DNA from: Eledone cirrhosa
Taxonomy: Eukaryota
Assembly: GCA_964016885.1 (NCBI GenBank)
Contig: OZ024763.1
Coordinates: 5,022,001-5,086,000, forward strand
DNA length: 64,000 nucleotides
Reading direction: 5' to 3'
In this document: positions 58,872-64,000 of the stretch, in pieces
Layout: each line of letters opens with the position of its first letter
Position numbering within the stretch: the stretch's first letter is position 1
Translations under genes and position numbers: made by a program
The notes under the pieces: model-generated
What the model was told of the DNA's origin: nothing
Seen by the model: only the letters and a program-made list of their open reading frames with translations
Database searches by the model: none

Positions 58872-58872
<1 letters not shown>
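58510..58872. mobile_element. Fold-back element family E (~135-bp arms) between TA runs
   Basis: Arms ~58510-58644 and ~58674-58809; the same terminus occurs at 27783-27838. Confidence 0.85.
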
Positions 58873-58907
<35 letters not shown>

Positions 58908-58912
58908 TACAC

Positions 58913-59278
58913 ACGAGGATCGGCTAAAACGTTCATAGGCTGACTATGAAGGATTGACGCTAGAGCTGTGAAATCTTGCATGCATTAATTTCAACTCTTC
59001 TTATTAATAACTGCAATGTTCCTTTCCAGGGAATGTGTTGAAAAATAAACCTCATTTGGTCATTCCATGAAAGTATCTTGGTTAGCTTATGAAGTGAGAG
59101 AATGGAAATGAGAAAGCGACATAGAGGAAGAATCGACCCCAGTACTCGACTGGTATTTTTCTTTTATCATATTCGAATGGATGAAAGACAAAGTTGACAT
59201 CGGCGGGATTTGAACTGAGATAACAGATAACCGAAACTAATACTGCGGTGTCCTAACGACTCTGCCAGTTCCCCGCCT
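58913..59278 (-). mobile_element. SINE S1 long-tail variant fused to mariner MITE
   Basis: MITE 58913-59094 then SINE 59095-59278; junction shared with 43195-43225. Confidence 0.8.
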
Positions 59279-60211
59279 ACAATAATCATAAAAAACATTT
59301 CTAAAAGTAAAGTCTTGTACGTGATATAAATAACATCAGAAGAAACGAGACTCACAATACAACCATATGGCTTTCAGTATTAATATTGGAGCGAGGATAA
59401 TTTCACCTATGGGACATTTTCCAACACTAAACTTCTTTAAATACTAAATTAGTCGCGGTTGGCTATTTTATTAATACAGTACAGTCTTTGAGGTTTTCAA
59501 CTAAATATGGAATAGAATCTTAAAGGTTACATCGCCATCAGATGTAACCTTTAAGTATGGAGATTGAATAACCGACGAGAAGTCTGAAAGAAAAAAAAAT
59601 CTGTAAAATCAGCGAAACAGCAGGATGCTATTTTGAAAGTTTCTAGGCGATGAGTTGTACTTGATTCCAGGTTTTACGTTCTTGCGTTTGAGTTAACACA
59701 TGGATCAAAGAGAGACCTTATGTCTTCTAAGCAACAGAAACTAGGTCAAGGTTGAGCTGAGTTCAGTTGAATTGTAACGTGAATTAACGTGATACCTTAT
59801 GTCTTCTAAACAATAGAAACTGGGTCTTATGTTCACGCATTTGACACGTAGATCAGGGTGAGACCTTATATAATTTAACCAACGGAAACTGGGTCTGAGA
59901 TGAGTTGTTTAAATAAAATTGTAATTTCCAAAAACATTACCCTCATCATTAAGATGCATATATATAATTAATGATGCTGCTGTCATTTAATAGCTGCCAA
60001 GTTAAACCAGCGGTATATGTAAATGAACTTATCTACTGGAACTACAACACATTGTTTCAAAATTTATGACACACTGAAACTGAGGTAGCTGTGACATGAT
60101 CACAGCTTAAAATATTCACAGCGAGACATATGTTCATTATACATAAACATAGCATGTATACCCCCATATACACCCTCATTAGTAATATTTACAATATCTA
60201 TATCTACATTA

Positions 60212-61285
60212 AGGCAGCGAATTGGCAGAGTCGTTGGGAACGTCGGATAGAATCCTTTATGGTATTCATATCTGCTCTGAGTTCAAATCGAGCAGAGGTC
60301 AACTTTGCCTTTCATCCATTCAAAATCGATAAAAAAAAGTACCAGTCAAGTACTGGGGTTGATTCTTCCTCTATATCTCTTTCTCGCTTTCATTCTCTCA
60401 TATCTGCTCTCTTCTCCCTGAGTTCAAATCGAGCAGAGGTCAACTTTGCCTTTCATCCATTCAAAATCGATAAAAAAAGTACCAGTCAAGTACTGGGGTT
60501 GATTCTTCCTCTATATCTCTTTCTCGCTTTCATTCTCTCATATCTGCTCTCTTCTCCCTGAGTTCAAATCGAGCAGAGGTCAACTTTGCCTTTCATCCAT
60601 TCAAAATCGATAAAAAAAAGTACCAGTCAAGTACTGGGGTTGATTCTTCCTCTATATCTCTTTCTCGCTTTCATTCTCTCATATCTGCTCTCTTCTCCCT
60701 GAGTTCAAATCGAGCAGAGGTCAACTTTGCCTTTCATCCATTGAAAATCGATAAAAAAAGTACCAGTCAAGTACTGGGGTTGATTCTTCCTCTATATCTC
60801 TTTCTCGCTTTCATTCTCTCATATCTGCTCTCTTCTCCCTGAGTTCAAATCGAGCAGAGGTCAACTTTGCCTTTCATCCATTCAAAATCGATAAAAAAAA
60901 GTACCAGTCAAGTACTGGGTTTGATTCTTCCTCTATATCTCTTTCTCGCTTTCATTCTCTCATATCTGCTCTCTTCTCCCTGAGTTCAAATCGAGCAGAG
61001 GTCAACTTTGCCTTTCATCCATTCAAAATCGATAAAAAAAAGTACCAGTCAAGTACTGGGTTTGATTCTTCCTCTATATCTCTTTCTCGCTTTCATTCTC
61101 TCATATCTGCTCTCTTCTCCCTGAGTTCAAATCGAGCAGAGGTCAACTTTGCCTTTCATCCATTCAAAATCGATAAAAAAAGTACCAGTCAAGTACTGGG
61201 GTTGATTCTTCCTCTATATCTCTTTCTCGCTTTCATTCTCTCACTCTCTCTATCCTTCTCTGGAAGAAATCTGCTGTATTCCGAC
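60212..61285 (+). mobile_element. SINE S1 whose B-box-to-tail segment is tandemly amplified 7 times (140-141 bp)
   Basis: TGAGTTCAAATCGAGCAGAGG at 60278, 60419, 60559, 60700, 60840, 60981 and 61122. Confidence 0.92.
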
Positions 61286-61466
61286 ATTGAAAGGGGATGT
61301 GCTCCACCAGGTTTAAAACAAAAGCCCCAGTAACGCCGTATGTTAATATGGCACCCCTTACGACTCCCTTAGGAAATGCGGGACCTTGCATACATATCTA
61401 CATTACACTGGGCTCTGTTCAATCTGCACCTACCTATACACATAAATGCACATGTAGGAATACGTC

Positions 61467-61507
<41 letters not shown>

Positions 61508-62009
61508 GCATATATATACAAATACAGATGTATATATATACATGCATATATATATATAGAAATACAGATGTATACATATACATGCATATATATACAAATA
61601 CAGATGTATACATATACATGCATACAGATGTATACATATACATGCATATATATACAAATACAGATGTGTACATATACATACATATATATACAAATACAGA
61701 TGTATACATATACATGCATATATACAAATGCGTTGCGAGTGCAACTGCGCACAAAAAACCAAGGACATAGACAGACAAAAGTGCAAAGTTAATATTATTT
61801 TAATGTTAGTGTATTTAGATTTCTAGAATGATGACATGGACGAATGGAAAGCAATCTTATTTCCGGAAGGAAGAGTTTAAAGAAACTACAATGGTGACAT
61901 AAAAAGAATTAACTTCCGGTTCCCTCACATGTCGCTTCTCACTGGAAAAATTTATATAAACAAAGAAGCTCCCAAACTATGGCTAACAACTCCAATTAGT
62001 TCACGACAT

Positions 62010-62376
62010 CTTTTTAGCCCACTTATACCCGAGAGGGTCGAGGGGGCAGAGTCCTCAAACCAGCGGGTCCTGTCACAAGCAACCGGGGTCGATTTAATCA
62101 ACTTCCCCTCCCCACAAAGTTGTTGGTCTTATGCCTAAATCAGAAATTATTATTGTAATGGCGGTGAACTGGCAGTAATCGGTAGAGCGTCTGACATCAT
62201 GCTTTATGGTATATAGTTACGTCCCTTTATGTTCTGAGTTCAAATCCTGCCATGGTTAGCTTTGCCTTTCATCCTTATGGAGTCGATAAAATAAAGTACC
62301 AGTTACACACTGGGGTCGATTTAATCGACTTTCCTCTCCTTTAAAATTGTTGGCCTTCTGCCCTAAATCGGAAACC
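62010..62376 (+). mobile_element. SINE-related element plus full SINE S1 (62160-62376)
   Basis: GGCGGTGAACTGGCAG head, B box, central domain; 62010-62050 resembles the reverse complement of 10674-10712 and 11157-11195. Confidence 0.75.
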
Positions 62377-62618
62377 CTTATAAAACATGACCTAAAGAAT
62401 ACAAAATTATTCAGGGTCTTAAATATTAATTGTTTGTTTATTGTTATCTTTCCACTTGTTCCCTTAAAGATGTCAAGGGAGGGGACATAAAAGGGGCAGA
62501 AAAGGGGCTGTTTGTTCTCCAGTGAGTGTTTGGAAGGTCTTTCTAAGCATGGTGCCAGATATTAAGAAGAAAAAGGAATGTGGAAACAAAGAGAGTGTGT
62601 GTGGGGGGGGGGGGGGGC

Positions 62619-62785
62619 AGAACACGGGTTTGAGGACGAATAAGGGTGTGTGAAGGATCTGGGGTGAGGGAGGAGAACGAACAAGGGTTTGTGAGGGATC
62701 TGGGGTGGAGGAGGAGAACGAACAAGGGTTTGTGAGGGATCTGGGGTGGGGGAGGAGAACGAACAAGGGTTTGTGAGGGATTTGG
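62619..62785. repeat. 41-bp tandem repeat, ~4 copies
   Basis: GAACGAACAAGGGTTTGTGAGGGATCTGGGGTGG.GGAGGA. Confidence 0.9.
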
Positions 62786-63423
62786 AAAAACGAAAGAAGA
62801 AAAATGGAAGAAGAAAAAGGGAAAAAAATGGAGGAAGAAAAATGAAAGAAAAAGGAAAGAAGAAAAGGGAAAGAAGAAAAAGGACAGAAGAAAAATGTAA
62901 GAAAACGAAAGAGGAAAAATGAAAGATGAAAAAGGAAAGAAAAAGGAAAAAAGAAAAAGGAAAGAGGAAAAATGAAAGAAGAAAAATGAAAGAAAGACAA
63001 GCTAGCCAAAATGGAAGTGAGGAAAGAGTGAATGAAGAAGAGTGTAAAGTTATCAGACTTTATGCTTGCGTTGGTTTGGTGAAATAACTTCTTGTTGGTT
63101 TTGGTCGAAGTCGAATGTGATGTAGAAGTAAACTCGAATAATAAATGTTTCAGTGATGATGTCTGTTGATGGTTGATGTAACTTGAAACTAGGAAGGTTT
63201 AGAAGAGGCCGAAAAAAACAAGAAAAAAAAGCAGCAACAAAAAGCACAGAAGCTAAAGTAAAACTAAAGCTAAAGCAACCTTTGTCAGCGTGACATAAAA
63301 ACTTGTCTAGAATTAATTGATGGAGAGGAGGAACGCTAAGAAAGTTAAGAGTTAAGAAGAGTTAGGGTTGCATTAGAAGATTTCGTCCTAGACAACAGGA
63401 TGTCAAAATGGATAAGTAAAAAA

Positions 63424-63559
63424 AAAAAAAAAAAAATGGGGTGGTATGCTAAATACACGTGTGTGTGTATGTGTATATGTATATATATACATGTATATAT
63501 ATACATATACACATACACACACACGTGTATTTAGCATACCACCCCATTTTTTTTTTTTT
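63424..63559. repeat. Perfect loop-less palindrome (~136 bp)
   Basis: Centre CA|TG at 63491/63492; arms AAAATGGGGTGGTATGCTAAATACACG... / ...CGTGTATTTAGCATACCACCCCATTTT. Confidence 0.92.
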
Positions 63560-64000
63560 ATATATACATGTATATATATACATGTATATATATACATGTA
63601 TATATATACAGAGAGAGAGAATGAGACAAAGAGAGACAAAGAGAGAAAGAGAGAGCGAGAGACAGATACACAGAGAGAGAGAGGGAAGAGAGAGAGAGAG
63701 GGAGAGAGAGGGTCAGTACTAACACACAGACATAAGTATTTTAATTAATCAAGACGTTTTTACCGAAGCAAGAGTTTTTTTTCGTACTCAGTAAATTAAT
63801 GATAAAATAATTTTGAAACTGATGCATAATAATTTACACAATTTGGCAAGACAAGATAAAGATAATGACTTAAGGAAATTACCCTGGGACGCCATCTTAA
63901 ACACGTAACAAGTCCAGAGTTATCCTGTGTTTGCCAAATATGATTATAAAATTATGATTATAAAATCTACCAAAGCCCCTTGGTACTAACGCTGTCTTCC

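Noticed and set aside
59519-59555. 15-bp-stem hairpin as a terminator
   Set aside because: No U tract and eukaryotic context; likely a small template-switch inversion

Overview
AT-rich eukaryotic genomic DNA saturated with (TA)n, (CA)n, (GA)n and triplet microsatellites. The repeat content (two tRNA-derived SINE families, RTE and CR1-type LINE remnants, mariner-type MITEs) suggests a coleoid cephalopod such as Octopus; this is inference, not a database result. No intact host gene is supported and nearly all listed ORFs are translations of simple repeats. The main signal is a set of short, non-coding, mostly fold-back elements inserted in (TA)n arrays. They fall into at least four families (A-D) plus two isolated minimal motifs, and carry hammerhead-ribozyme folds or halves, mostly with palindromic stem/loop III. 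A decayed Penelope-like (PLE) ORF fragment lies at about 875-1040. Together these look like a system of non-autonomous, TA-targeting PLE/retrozyme-like elements. A second theme is repeated conversion of TE fragments into homogeneous tandem arrays (20, 74, 88 and 141 bp units), plus a recurring SINE-MITE chimera.
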